Both the position numbers and the translations under genes were made by a program. A DNA stretch of 64,000 nt. Source: Rhodospirillales bacterium (GTDB lineage Bacteria > Pseudomonadota > Alphaproteobacteria > Rhodospirillales > JANQFP01). The notes beneath the pieces were generated by a model. It was not told the DNA's origin and did not search any database. It saw nothing but the letters and a program-made list of their open reading frames with translations. Below, in pieces: positions 19,551 through 28,425 of the stretch; position 1 is the stretch's first letter; each line of letters begins with the position of its first letter. The stretch lies in contig JANQFP010000207.1 in the NCBI GenBank assembly GCA_028277795.1, forward strand, positions 83,804 to 147,803, given 5' to 3'.

Positions 19551-19652
19551 GACCATATCCTCCTTTTCGAAGCAACATGGATCCGGAACGTCTCCCAACG
19601 GACCACATCCCGGGTCACTCGCTCGCCCGGAGCCGGATTTGGCCTCCGAGCT
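19551..19652 (-). promoter_or_regulatory. ROSE-like RNA thermometer in the hsp20 5' UTR
   Basis: The UTR is about 100 nt. The 3' hairpin CCAUGUUGCUUC-GAAAA-GGAGGAUAUGG (plus-strand 19553-19580) pairs a UUGCU anti-SD with the AGGAGG SD, leaving a bulged G, and includes the AUG region. This is the hallmark of ROSE elements upstream of alpha/gamma-proteobacterial hsp20 genes. Confidence 0.55.
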
Positions 19653-19658
19653 TTCCAT

Positions 19659-19687
19659 ATATTAGCAAATTTATCGTTATTTGTCAA
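19659..19687 (-). promoter_or_regulatory. Near-consensus sigma70-type promoter for hsp20
   Basis: On the minus strand: TTGACA (19687-19682), a 17-nt spacer, then TAATAT (19664-19659). It sits in an AT-rich patch of an otherwise GC-rich region. Confidence 0.55.
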
Positions 19688-19818
19688 TAGGATAGCATTC
19701 TGCGGCCGTCTCTGGGCCGGGTCTCGCCACCGCCCGGCGCAGAGTGCTTGACGGCGGCGGCGGACAGACCTCAAGGTTGCGGTTCGGGGTTGGGACCCGG
19801 CAAGCAGGGAGGGATGCC

Positions 19819-20115
19819 ATGCAAGTGACGCTGGTCCACGTGCAGGTCAAGCTGGACAGGGTCGACGACTTCATCGAGGCGAGCCGGCTCAACCATGAGG
19901 GCTCGGTGGGCGAACCCGGCAACCGCCGCTTCGACATCCTCCAGGACGCGGGGGATCCGGCCCGGTTCATCCTCTACGAGGCCTATGCCTCGACCGAGGA
20001 CGCGGCGGCCCACAAAGAGACCGCCCACTACCTGGCCTGGCGCGATACGGTGGCCGACATGATGGCCCAGCCGCGCCAAGGAGTGCCGTACCTGGGCCTG
20101 TTCCCCAAGGCCTAG
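19819..20115 (+). CDS. Antibiotic-biosynthesis-monooxygenase (ABM/YgiN-like) domain protein
   Basis: About 98 aa with a ferredoxin-like fold signature (MQVTLVHVQVKLDRVDDF...RFDILQD...FILYEAY...AAHKETAHY). ATG 19819 is preceded by gggaggga. Confidence 0.7.
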   Translation: MQVTLVHVQVKLDRVDDFIEASRLNHEGSVGEPGNRRFDILQDAGDPARFILYEAYASTEDAAAHKETAHYLAWRDTVADMMAQPRQGVPYLGLFPKA

Positions 20116-20118
20116 GCC

Positions 20119-21324
20119 ATGTCGGCTATCGCGCCCTTCGCCATCGCCCGGCTGCCGCGCATCGTCTTCGGCGACGGCACGGTGGCCGCGGTGCCCAAGG
20201 AGGCGCGGGCCTTCGGCACGCGGGCCCTGGTGGTCACCGGGGCGCGGTCGTTCCGCGGCACCGAGCACTGGACCGCCCTCCAGGAGGGACTGGAGCGCGA
20301 AGGCGTGTCGTGGGAGGCGATGGCTGTGGATGGCGAGCCGTCGCCCGAGCTGGTCGACGAAGCGGTGGCCGCCTTCAAGGACGGCGGCATCGAGGTGGTG
20401 ATCGGCATCGGCGGCGGCAGCGCGTTGGATGCCGCCAAGGCCGTCGCCGGCCTGCTGCCCCACGGCAACTCGGTGATGGACCACCTGGAGGGGGTCGGAC
20501 CCGAGCGGCCGTACGCGGCGCCGTCGGTGCCGTTGATCGCGGTGCCGACCACGGCGGGCACGGGCAGCGAGGCGACCAAGAACGCCGTCCTCAGCCGCCA
20601 CGGCGAGGCCGGCTTCAAGAAGTCGTTCCGCGACGAGCTGCTGGTCGCCCGCGTGGCCATCGTCGACCCGGCGCTGCTGGCCTCGTGTCCGGCCGAGGTG
20701 GTGGCGGCCAACGGCATGGACGCCTTCACCCAGCTCCTGGAGTCCTATGTCTCCATCAAGGCCAATCCCCTCACCGAGGCGCTGGCGTGGTCGGGGATGG
20801 AGGCTTTCCGGGAAGGCTTCTTCGCCGCCTGGGAGGGGTCCGGCCGCACCGACGATCCTGCCGCCGCCGGGCGCACCCAGGTCGCCTATGCCTCGATGCT
20901 GTCGGGCATCTGCCTCGCCCAGACCGGCCTCGGCTCGGTGCATGGCCTGGCTTCGCCGTTGGGCGCCTTCTTCCCCATCCCCCACGGCCTGGTCTGCGGC
21001 ACCCTGGTGGCCGAGGCCACGGAGGTGAACATCCGCGCCCTGACCGCGCGCGAGCCCGACAACCCGGCGCTGGCCAAGTACGCGCGCGTGGGCGAACTGC
21101 TGTCGGGCCTGAGCTTCGCCGACCGGGAGGAGGCCCTCGATCACCTGGTACGCATCCTGCGCGCCTGGACCGATCGGCTGGCCCTGCGGCGCCTCGGCGA
21201 GTACGGGGTTGCGGTCGGCGACCTGGACCGCATCGTCGCCGGTAGCCGCGGCTCCAGCATGAAGACCAACCCGCTGGTGCTGACCGACGGCGAGGTCGCG
21301 GAGGTGGTGGCCCGGCGCCTGTAG
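20119..21324 (+). CDS. Iron-containing (group III) alcohol dehydrogenase
   Basis: GIGGGSALDAAKA NAD-binding motif, PTTAGTGSE, and a His-rich metal site region (GSVHGLASPLG...PHG). Confidence 0.8.
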   Translation: MSAIAPFAIARLPRIVFGDGTVAAVPKEARAFGTRALVVTGARSFRGTEHWTALQEGLEREGVSWEAMAVDGEPSPELVDEAVAAFKDGGIEVVIGIGGGSALDAAKAVAGLLPHGNSVMDHLEGVGPERPYAAPSVPLIAVPTTAGTGSEATKNAVLSRHGEAGFKKSFRDELLVARVAIVDPALLASCPAEVVAANGMDAFTQLLESYVSIKANPLTEALAWSGMEAFREGFFAAWEGSGRTDDPAAAGRTQVAYASMLSGICLAQTGLGSVHGLASPLGAFFPIPHGLVCGTLVAEATEVNIRALTAREPDNPALAKYARVGELLSGLSFADREEALDHLVRILRAWTDRLALRRLGEYGVAVGDLDRIVAGSRGSSMKTNPLVLTDGEVAEVVARRL

Positions 21325-21336
21325 CCGGGGTCGGCG

Positions 21337-22269
21337 TCAACTGGACGCGACCTCGGTCTCCAGATACCAGGCATAGGCGCGGCGGAGACCCTCGTCCAGG
21401 CTCGTGCTGGCCTGCCAACCCATGCCATGGAGGCGGCTGCAGTCGAGGAGCTTGCGCGGCGTGCCGTCGGGCTTGGAGGTGTCGAACGCCAGAGTGCCGG
21501 TGAAATCCACCACCCGGGCCACGGCCTCGGCCAGCTCGCGGATGGTCAGCTCTTCGCCGGTGCCGATGTTGATCTGGACCGGACCCGAATAGACGCCCAT
21601 CAGGAACACCAGCGCATCGGCCAGATCGTCCACGTACAGGAACTCGCGCCTGGGCGTACCCGACCCCCAGATCTCCAGGCTCGGCTGACCCGTGACCTTG
21701 GCGTGGTGGGCCTTGGCGATGAGCGCTGGGATCACGTGGCTCGAAGTCAGGTCGAAGTTGTCGCGCGGGCCGTAGAGGTTGATGGGTTGGGCCGAGATGA
21801 AGTCGCAGCCGTATTGGCGGCGGTAGGCCTCGCACAGTTTGATGCCGGCGATCTTGGCCACCGCGTACCACTGGTTGGTCGGCTCCAGAGGGCCGGTGAG
21901 CAGGGCCTCCTCGGTCATCGGCTGAGGCGCGTGCTTGGGATAGATGCAGGCCGAGCCGAGAGCCAGCAGCTTCTCGACGCCTGTGGTCCAGGCCCCGTGG
22001 ATGACGTTGGCTTCGATGGCCAGGTTGTCGTAGAGGAACTCCGCCGGCCGGGTGTCGTTGGCCAGAATGCCGCCCACGGTGGCGGCGACCAGGAACACGG
22101 CGTCGGGCCGGGCCTCGGCCATCCACGCCTCCACCTCGGCCTGGCGGCGCAGATCCACCTCGGCGCGGGGAACGGTGAGCACCGTGCAGTCCTCGGCCGC
22201 CAAGCGCTCGACCAGGGCACTGCCCACCATCCCGCGGTGGCCGGCCACCCACACCCGCTTGCCGGCCAA
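21337..22269 (-). CDS. fcl: GDP-L-fucose synthase (GDP-4-keto-6-deoxymannose 3,5-epimerase/4-reductase)
   Basis: KRVWVAGHRGMVGSA..., SACIYP, NQWYAVAKIAG (YxxxK) and GSGTPRREFLYVDD match Fcl/WcaG. No ATG is available, so a TTG at 22269 is proposed (MAGKRVWVAGH...). The rest of the 567-aa track ORF is a shadow of gmd. Confidence 0.85.
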   Translation of the reverse strand: MAGKRVWVAGHRGMVGSALVERLAAEDCTVLTVPRAEVDLRRQAEVEAWMAEARPDAVFLVAATVGGILANDTRPAEFLYDNLAIEANVIHGAWTTGVEKLLALGSACIYPKHAPQPMTEEALLTGPLEPTNQWYAVAKIAGIKLCEAYRRQYGCDFISAQPINLYGPRDNFDLTSSHVIPALIAKAHHAKVTGQPSLEIWGSGTPRREFLYVDDLADALVFLMGVYSGPVQINIGTGEELTIRELAEAVARVVDFTGTLAFDTSKPDGTPRKLLDCSRLHGMGWQASTSLDEGLRRAYAWYLETEVASS

Positions 22270-22279
22270 GGAATAGGCC

Positions 22280-23359
22280 CTATCGGGCAAGGCGTTCGCT
22301 TTCCATGGGCGGCCTGTCCGCCGCCATGTCGCGGACGTCGGAGGCGACCATTTCGCGCACCATGTCGCGGAAGCTGGTGCGTGGGCGCCAGCCGAGCCGG
22401 TCGCGGGCCTTGGCGGCGTCGCCGCACAGCCGGTGGATCTCCGTCGGTCGGAAATAGCGGGGGTCGACCTCCACCAGCACCCGTCCCGTGTTGGCGTCGA
22501 TCCCCTTCTCGTCGACTCCGCTGCCGCGCCATTCGATGGGCCGGCCGACCTCGGCGAAGGCCAGTTCCACCAGCTCCCGCACCGAGTGGCTTTCCCCGGT
22601 CGCCAGCACGTAGTCGTCGGGCTCCGGCTGCTGGAGGATGAGGTGCATGCCTTCGGCGTAGTCGCGGGCGTGGCCCCAGTCGCGCTCGGCGTCCAGGTTG
22701 CCGAGGTAGAGCTTCTCGTCCAATCCGACGCTGATGGCGGCGGCGGCGCGGGTGACCTTGCGGGTGACGAAGGTCTCGCCGCGGGTCGGCCCCTCGTGAT
22801 TGAACAGGATGCCGTTGGAGGCGTGGAAGCCGTAGGCCTCGCGGTAGTTGACGGTGATCCAGTAGGCATAGAGCTTGGCCACGCCGTACGGGCTGCGCGG
22901 ACGGAACGGAGTTGCCTCGTTCTGCGGGGCCACCTCGGCGTTGCCGAACAGCTCCGAGGTGGACGCCTGGTAGAACTTGACGCTCTCACCCATGTCCAGG
23001 ATGCGGATGGCTTCGAGCAGCCGAAGGGTGCCCACCGCATCGGCGTTGGCCGTGTACTCCGGGGTCTCGAAGCTGACCTGCACGTGGCTCTGGGCGGCGA
23101 GGTTGTAGATCTCGTCGGGCCGGGTTTCCTGGATCAGGCGGATCAGGTTGGTGGCGTCGGTCATGTCTCCGTAATGGAGAATGAAGCGCACCCCCGGGCC
23201 GTGAGGGTCGGCGTAGAGGTGATCGACCCGTCCCGTGTTGAACGACGACGACCGCCGCTTGACCCCGTGGACCACGTAACCCTTGGCCAACAGGGCTTCG
23301 GCGAGGAAGGCGCCGTCCTGGCCGGTCACCCCGGTGATGAGCGCGGACTTCTCCGACAT
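22280..23359 (-). CDS. gmd: GDP-mannose 4,6-dehydratase
   Basis: [56 protein letters not shown] and [15 protein letters not shown] give a near-textbook Gmd sequence. Confidence 0.92.
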   Translation of the reverse strand: MSEKSALITGVTGQDGAFLAEALLAKGYVVHGVKRRSSSFNTGRVDHLYADPHGPGVRFILHYGDMTDATNLIRLIQETRPDEIYNLAAQSHVQVSFETPEYTANADAVGTLRLLEAIRILDMGESVKFYQASTSELFGNAEVAPQNEATPFRPRSPYGVAKLYAYWITVNYREAYGFHASNGILFNHEGPTRGETFVTRKVTRAAAAISVGLDEKLYLGNLDAERDWGHARDYAEGMHLILQQPEPDDYVLATGESHSVRELVELAFAEVGRPIEWRGSGVDEKGIDANTGRVLVEVDPRYFRPTEIHRLCGDAAKARDRLGWRPRTSFRDMVREMVASDVRDMAADRPPMESERLAR

Positions 23360-23465
23360 GCGAACGTGGCGGATGTGGTTGTGCGGACCGAGAGGGACGC
23401 CACTATAGACTGGCCGGGAACCCCACGGAAGCGTGTCGATCCGCGCCCCTGAGCGGGTGATCCGT

Positions 23466-23615
23466 TCAGAAGATGGTGTAGATCAGGGGCGCGACAGCCG
23501 ATCCTTCGGTCAACACCAGAAGGCCGCCGAACAGCAAGGCCACCGCGATGATCGGCAGGAGCCAGAACTTCTTGCGTGTGCGGATGAACAACCACAGTTC
23601 CGCGAGGAATTCCAA
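23466..23615 (-). CDS. DUF5989-family small membrane protein (49 aa, absent from the ORF track)
   Basis: My own translation from TTG 23615: (M)[48 protein letters not shown]. It matches the conserved pattern of DUF5989 micro-proteins as I remember them (...RKKFWLLPI...GGL.VLT.GSAVAPFIYTLF). An in-frame TAG lies 15 nt upstream and agga sits at about -11. Confidence 0.7.
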   Translation of the reverse strand: MEFLAELWLFIRTRKKFWLLPIIAVALLFGGLLVLTEGSAVAPLIYTIF

Positions 23616-23920
23616 TGGCCGGGTCCTGGTCTAAGCGAATCGCGGGGCGTCGGGTCAGGCGGTCTGCGCTGGGGATGTCGAGCGTATAATACGGCAATCC
23701 GCCGGACTTTCTCCGTCGTTGGCGCCTCCGGGCAGTCGGTGCTTGACAAAAGTGTTCGTGGCGTGAACGCTGGCACTCGCGTGGACACGGCATGGTCGGG
23801 CGGCAGGCACGTCACCCGGAATGCGGTAGCGTGGGCCGCCGGGATCGACGGCTGGCGCGCGCGATGGGACGGCTGGTCATGGTGCCGTCCCCTGAGAGTT
23901 CCCTATTTGCTTTCCACGAT

Positions 23921-25165
23921 ATGACGGCCGGGCGCCAATTCCTACCCTACGGCCGCCAACTGGTCGAGGATGACGATGTGGCGGCCGTTGCGGCCGTCCT
24001 GCGCGGCGACTACTTGACGACGGGGCCGGCGGTGCGGAACTTCGAGGCCGCCCTGGCGGCGGCGACCGGTGCCGGTCACGCCGTCGCCTGTTCCAGTGGC
24101 ACCGCGGGACTGCATCTGGCCGCGATGGCCCTGGACATCGGCCCGGGCGATGGCGTGGTGGTCCCCGCGGTGACCTTCCTGGCAACAGCCAACGTGGTGC
24201 GCCACGTGGGTGCCGAGGTGATCTTCGCCGATGTCGATGCCGAAACCGGTTTGATGGGGCCGGCCGAACTGGCCGCCGCGATGGAGCGGGCGGGGGAGTT
24301 GGATATCAAGGCCGTCGTGCCCGTTCATCTGGCCGGCCAGTGTGCCGACCCGGAGGGGATCTGGATGATGGCGGTGGATCGGGGATTCCACGTGGTGGAC
24401 GACGCCTGCCACGCGCTCGGCACTCGCTATGGTGGCGCTGCCGTCCCGGTGGGCAGTTGCCGGCACGGTACCATGGCAACGTTCTCCTTTCATCCGGTCA
24501 AGACCATCACCATGGGGGAGGGCGGCGCGGTCACCACCAACGACCAGGCCATGGCCGAGCGCATGAGGCGATTGCGCAGCCACGGCATGGTGCGCGACGC
24601 GGCGATGTTCGAGAACACCGATTTGGCATTCGATGCCGGTGGGGCTGCCAATCCCTGGTACTACGAGATGCCGGAGGCTGGCCTCAATTACCGGGCCAGC
24701 GACATCCATTGCGCCCTCGGGCTGAGCCAGTTGCGCAAGTTGGACCGCTTCGTTGCCCGCCGCCGGGCGTTGGCGGACCGTTACGATGCGCTGCTGGCGC
24801 CCTTGGCCCCGGTGGTGCGTCCGCGTAAGCGGCCATCCGCATGTCGACCCGCATGGCACCTCTATGTGGTGCTTATCGATTTCGCGGCTGCGGGTACCAC
24901 CCGGGCGGAGGTCATGAATCGATTGCGCAACGACGGCATCGGGACCCAGGTCCATTACCTGCCGGTGCACCACCAACCGTATTACCGACGCCGTTACGGA
25001 CATCAGAACCTGCCCGGCTCTGAGGCCTACTATGAGCGCTGCCTCGCTCTGCCGCTGTTCCCGGGCATGGAGGACGGGGATGTGGATGGGGTCGTGAGCG
25101 CCCTCACCGAGATCTTGACCGGGAAACCCAGCGTCGGCGCTTCCACGCAACAGCGCGCCACTTAG
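23921..25165 (+). CDS. pseC: UDP-4-amino-4,6-dideoxy-N-acetyl-beta-L-altrosamine transaminase (DegT/DnrJ/EryC1 family, PseC-like)
   Basis: Start trimmed to ATG 23921 (MTAGRQFLPYGRQLVEDDDVAAVAAVLRGDYLTTGP...), a PseC-type N-terminus. PLP-Lys region FSFHPVKTIT. Co-located with pseB/G/I. Confidence 0.8.
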   Translation: MTAGRQFLPYGRQLVEDDDVAAVAAVLRGDYLTTGPAVRNFEAALAAATGAGHAVACSSGTAGLHLAAMALDIGPGDGVVVPAVTFLATANVVRHVGAEVIFADVDAETGLMGPAELAAAMERAGELDIKAVVPVHLAGQCADPEGIWMMAVDRGFHVVDDACHALGTRYGGAAVPVGSCRHGTMATFSFHPVKTITMGEGGAVTTNDQAMAERMRRLRSHGMVRDAAMFENTDLAFDAGGAANPWYYEMPEAGLNYRASDIHCALGLSQLRKLDRFVARRRALADRYDALLAPLAPVVRPRKRPSACRPAWHLYVVLIDFAAAGTTRAEVMNRLRNDGIGTQVHYLPVHHQPYYRRRYGHQNLPGSEAYYERCLALPLFPGMEDGDVDGVVSALTEILTGKPSVGASTQQRAT

Positions 25166-25180
25166 GGAAAACCGGGCATA

Positions 25181-26506
25181 GTGTCGCCCTTCAGGCCGGA
25201 ACCCGAGGCGGCGCCACGCGGCGGCCGCTATGCCCGCAGCGCGGCGTTGCTGCCACGGGCCGAACGGGTGATACCTCTCGGTTCCCAGACCTTTAGCAAG
25301 AGTCGAACCCAATACCCGGAAGGTGCCGCACCCCTATTCCTCGAACGCGGCCGTGGCGGTCGCGTGTGGGACGTCGACGGCAACGAATACGTGGATCTGG
25401 TGTGCGGTTTGCTCCCGGTGGTTCTCGGCTATTGCGATGCAGACGTAGACGCTGCGATAGGCGCGCAACTGCGGAACGGCATTACGTTCAGCTTGGCCAC
25501 CGAGTTGGAAATCGAGGTGGCTGAACGTCTGGTCGAGATCGTTCCATGCGCCGAGGCAGTGCGTTTCGGAAAGAACGGTACCGACGCGACGTCCGCTGCG
25601 GTTCGTCTGGCGCGGGCGTTCACCGGCCGCGACCACATCGCGGCGGCGGGCTATCACGGCTGGCAGGACTGGTACATCGGGGCCACGGCGCGCAAGAAGG
25701 GGGTGCCGGACGCGGTTGCCGGTCTCACCCACCTGTTTCCATACAATGATCTCCATGCGTTGGAGAGCTTGCTCTCCGCCCATCCCGGGGAGTTCGCCGC
25801 CGTGATCATGGAGCCAATGAACACGGAACAGCCGGCGGACGGGTATCTCCATGACGTTCGGGATATCACGCACCGGCACGGGGCGCTGCTGATCTTCGAC
25901 GAGATCATCACGGGTTTCCGGTACGCCCTTGGCGGGGCGCAGGAACACTTCGGAGTGGTGCCGGACTTGGCGGCGCTCGGCAAAGGTATGGCCAACGGCA
26001 TGCCGTTATCGGCCATCGTCGGGCGCGCCGACGTGATGGCGGAGATGGAGGAGGTCTTCTTTTCCGCCACCTTCGGCGGCGAGACGTTGTCATTGGCGGC
26101 GGCGGTTGCCACCATCGACAAGATGCGCCGAGAGCCGGTTATCGACACTTTGTGGGAAACGGGCACGGCCCTCACGCGCCGGGTTGAGGCGGCGATCGAA
26201 GCCCACGGGCTCGGCGAGGCGATCTCGCTCGCCGGGCTGCCACCCTGGCGGCTGTTCGTCTTCAATGGCGTCGGAGATGTGGATGGGGCTGTGATCAAGA
26301 CCTTCCTGATCCGGGAGATGCTGCGCGAAGGCGTGCTTGTCAACGTCAGCCACAACGTGTGTTACGCTCACACCGAGGGGGACGTCGAACACGTCGCGGG
26401 CGCCTACGATCGGGTTCTTCCCCGTTTGGCGGACGAACTCCAAACCCCCGGCTTGGCGGACCGCCTCGGCTGCCCGGCCATCCACCCGGTGTTCTCGGTG
26501 CGATAA
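25181..26506 (+). CDS. Class III aminotransferase (glutamate-1-semialdehyde 2,1-aminomutase-like)
   Basis: GTG start. RAERVIPLGSQTFSKS..., RFGKNGTDATSAAVRLAR, ALLIFDEIITGFR and LGKGMANGMPLSA (PLP Lys) are HemL-like motifs. It sits in a sugar locus, so it is probably not haem-related. Confidence 0.75.
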   Translation: MSPFRPEPEAAPRGGRYARSAALLPRAERVIPLGSQTFSKSRTQYPEGAAPLFLERGRGGRVWDVDGNEYVDLVCGLLPVVLGYCDADVDAAIGAQLRNGITFSLATELEIEVAERLVEIVPCAEAVRFGKNGTDATSAAVRLARAFTGRDHIAAAGYHGWQDWYIGATARKKGVPDAVAGLTHLFPYNDLHALESLLSAHPGEFAAVIMEPMNTEQPADGYLHDVRDITHRHGALLIFDEIITGFRYALGGAQEHFGVVPDLAALGKGMANGMPLSAIVGRADVMAEMEEVFFSATFGGETLSLAAAVATIDKMRREPVIDTLWETGTALTRRVEAAIEAHGLGEAISLAGLPPWRLFVFNGVGDVDGAVIKTFLIREMLREGVLVNVSHNVCYAHTEGDVEHVAGAYDRVLPRLADELQTPGLADRLGCPAIHPVFSVR

Positions 26507-26523
26507 GGCGTGGACGGCGCTTC

Positions 26524-28386
26524 ATGACCACGTCGCCCCCCGCCGTCAGCGACCCGCAGTTCACGGCGGCGATCGCCGAAGGCGGTTTGGCCCCGTGGCG
26601 CCAACCGACGGTGGTCCTGCTGTGGAACCTCGTTCGCGGCGAGCGGTGGCTGTTGGTGGGCTGGCTTGCTCTCAACGTGGGGGCGGGGCTCCTGGAAGGA
26701 ACCAGCATGGGCCTGCTGTATCTGGCCGTCGATACGTTGATCGGCGAGGGGGCGGCCAAGATCGCGGGATTCGCCGCCGGCCTTGGCGCCTTCTGGGAGG
26801 GCCTGGTGGCTGATCTCGGCCCGCACGGCCTATTCGTGGCGATCGTCTCGCTGGTCGCGTTTGCCCAGGTGCTGCAGAGCGCTACGAGCCTGGCCGGCAA
26901 TGCCACGGCGGCGCTGGTGCGTTGCCGTGCCCGCGGGGCTGTCCACAAACGGGTGTTCGCGCAGATTGTCGATCTCCCGTTTGCCGATGTCAGCCGTTTC
27001 AAAAGCGGCGAGCTGTGGAGCAAGGTCACCGTCAGCAAGTCCATCGATCAGTTGGTGGCCAGCGCCCACGCCGCGGTCCACACCGCGCTCATGGCCATCG
27101 CGTACGCGGCGTTCCTGCTGTGGTTGTCGTGGTGGATGACCCTCGCGGCCCTGGCGATGCTCGGACTGATGACCTGGGGCCTCAATCTGGTGATGCGGCG
27201 GATCAAGGCTCTTTCCGCGGCCAATCTTGAGAATACAGTGACCCTCAACGCCCAGACCCAGGACGTGCTGGGGGGGCTGCGGCTGGTCCGCAGCTTCGGT
27301 GCGGAGAACTGGGCCAAGGGGACCATCAACGGTCTCGTTGACCGCACAATGGATTTGGTACGGCGCGGTCTGGTCTGGCAGTCGGTCATCTCGCCCATGG
27401 TCGACACCGTGGCCATGGTGACGGTGGCAATGGGGCTGGTTGCCATGAGTCTGGTGTTGGGCGAGCGCATGGCCGACGTCATGCCGAGCCTATTGCTGCT
27501 GATGTTCGTTCTGGTGCGGCTGATGCCCCGTATCAGCCAGCTCAACAGCCTTCGCGGCACCCTTCACGGTCTCTGGCCTTCAATCCGCTTCACGGTCGAT
27601 TTCCTTGACCAGCCGGCGTCCACCAGGCACGGCAGCGGCCGCCAGCCCATCGGCCGGTTCAAGGGCCGGATCCAGTTCCGGAACGTCTCCAAGACCTACG
27701 TGCCCGGCGAGAGACCGGCAATCGTCGATCTCGATCTCACCATCGAACGCGGCCAGACGGTCGCCTTTGTCGGCCAGTCTGGGGCCGGGAAGTCAACCGT
27801 CATCGACCTTCTGCTCGGTCTTCGCGAACCGTCGGCGGGGGAGATCCTCATCGACGGCAAACCCTTGTCGGACATCGACAAGGACGCCTGGCGGCGACTG
27901 TTGGGCGTCGTCGACCAAGATCCCTTCCTGTTCCACACGACCATCCGCGACAACATCGCCTTCATTCGCGAGGACGCGTCCGACGCCGATGTCGTCGCCG
28001 CGGCCCGAGTGGCCCATGCCCACGAGTTCATCGAACGACTGGCGCAAGGCTACGACACCGTGGTGGGAGACCGGGGTTACCGCCTGTCGGGCGGCCAGCG
28101 CCAACGCATCGCCCTTGCCCGCGCATTGCTGCGCGACCCTGAAATCCTGATCCTCGACGAGGCCACCAGCGACCTCGACAGCCTGTCGGAGCATTTCATC
28201 CAGGACGCCCTGGAGGCCTTCGGCAGCCGGCGTACCGTCATCCTTGTCGCCCACAGGTTGTCGACGGTCCGCAAGGCCGACGTGATCTTCGTCCTCCACG
28301 AAGGCCGGCTCGTCGAGCGCGGCACCCACGATCAACTCACCGCGATGGATGGCGTCTATGCCAGTCTGTGGAACCTGCAGAGTTGA
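26524..28386 (+). CDS. ABC exporter, fused TMD-NBD half transporter (MsbA/type I exporter-like)
   Basis: Start trimmed to ATG 26524. About 300 aa with 6 predicted TM helices, then an NBD with Walker A GQSGAGKST, signature LSGGQRQR, Walker B ILILDEATS and H-loop VAHRL. Confidence 0.85.
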   Translation: MTTSPPAVSDPQFTAAIAEGGLAPWRQPTVVLLWNLVRGERWLLVGWLALNVGAGLLEGTSMGLLYLAVDTLIGEGAAKIAGFAAGLGAFWEGLVADLGPHGLFVAIVSLVAFAQVLQSATSLAGNATAALVRCRARGAVHKRVFAQIVDLPFADVSRFKSGELWSKVTVSKSIDQLVASAHAAVHTALMAIAYAAFLLWLSWWMTLAALAMLGLMTWGLNLVMRRIKALSAANLENTVTLNAQTQDVLGGLRLVRSFGAENWAKGTINGLVDRTMDLVRRGLVWQSVISPMVDTVAMVTVAMGLVAMSLVLGERMADVMPSLLLLMFVLVRLMPRISQLNSLRGTLHGLWPSIRFTVDFLDQPASTRHGSGRQPIGRFKGRIQFRNVSKTYVPGERPAIVDLDLTIERGQTVAFVGQSGAGKSTVIDLLLGLREPSAGEILIDGKPLSDIDKDAWRRLLGVVDQDPFLFHTTIRDNIAFIREDASDADVVAAARVAHAHEFIERLAQGYDTVVGDRGYRLSGGQRQRIALARALLRDPEILILDEATSDLDSLSEHFIQDALEAFGSRRTVILVAHRLSTVRKADVIFVLHEGRLVERGTHDQLTAMDGVYASLWNLQS

Positions 28387-28425
28387 GTCCGCGCACGCCG
28401 CTGCGGCGACGGAGGGGCTCCTGAG

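Noticed and set aside
22270-23040. N-terminal extension of the fcl ORF (track ORF 21337-23040)
   Set aside because: The extension overlaps gmd in another frame and is Pro/Arg/Ser/Thr-rich. Fcl homology begins at the TTG at 22269.
23685-23690. Perfect TATAAT hexamer, plus a TTGACA at 23743-23748, in the divergent DUF5989/pseC intergenic region
   Set aside because: The TATAAT lacks a matching -35 at 17 nt. The TTGACA is followed at 17 nt only by AACGCT. I did not consider either strong enough to report as a feature without TSS data.
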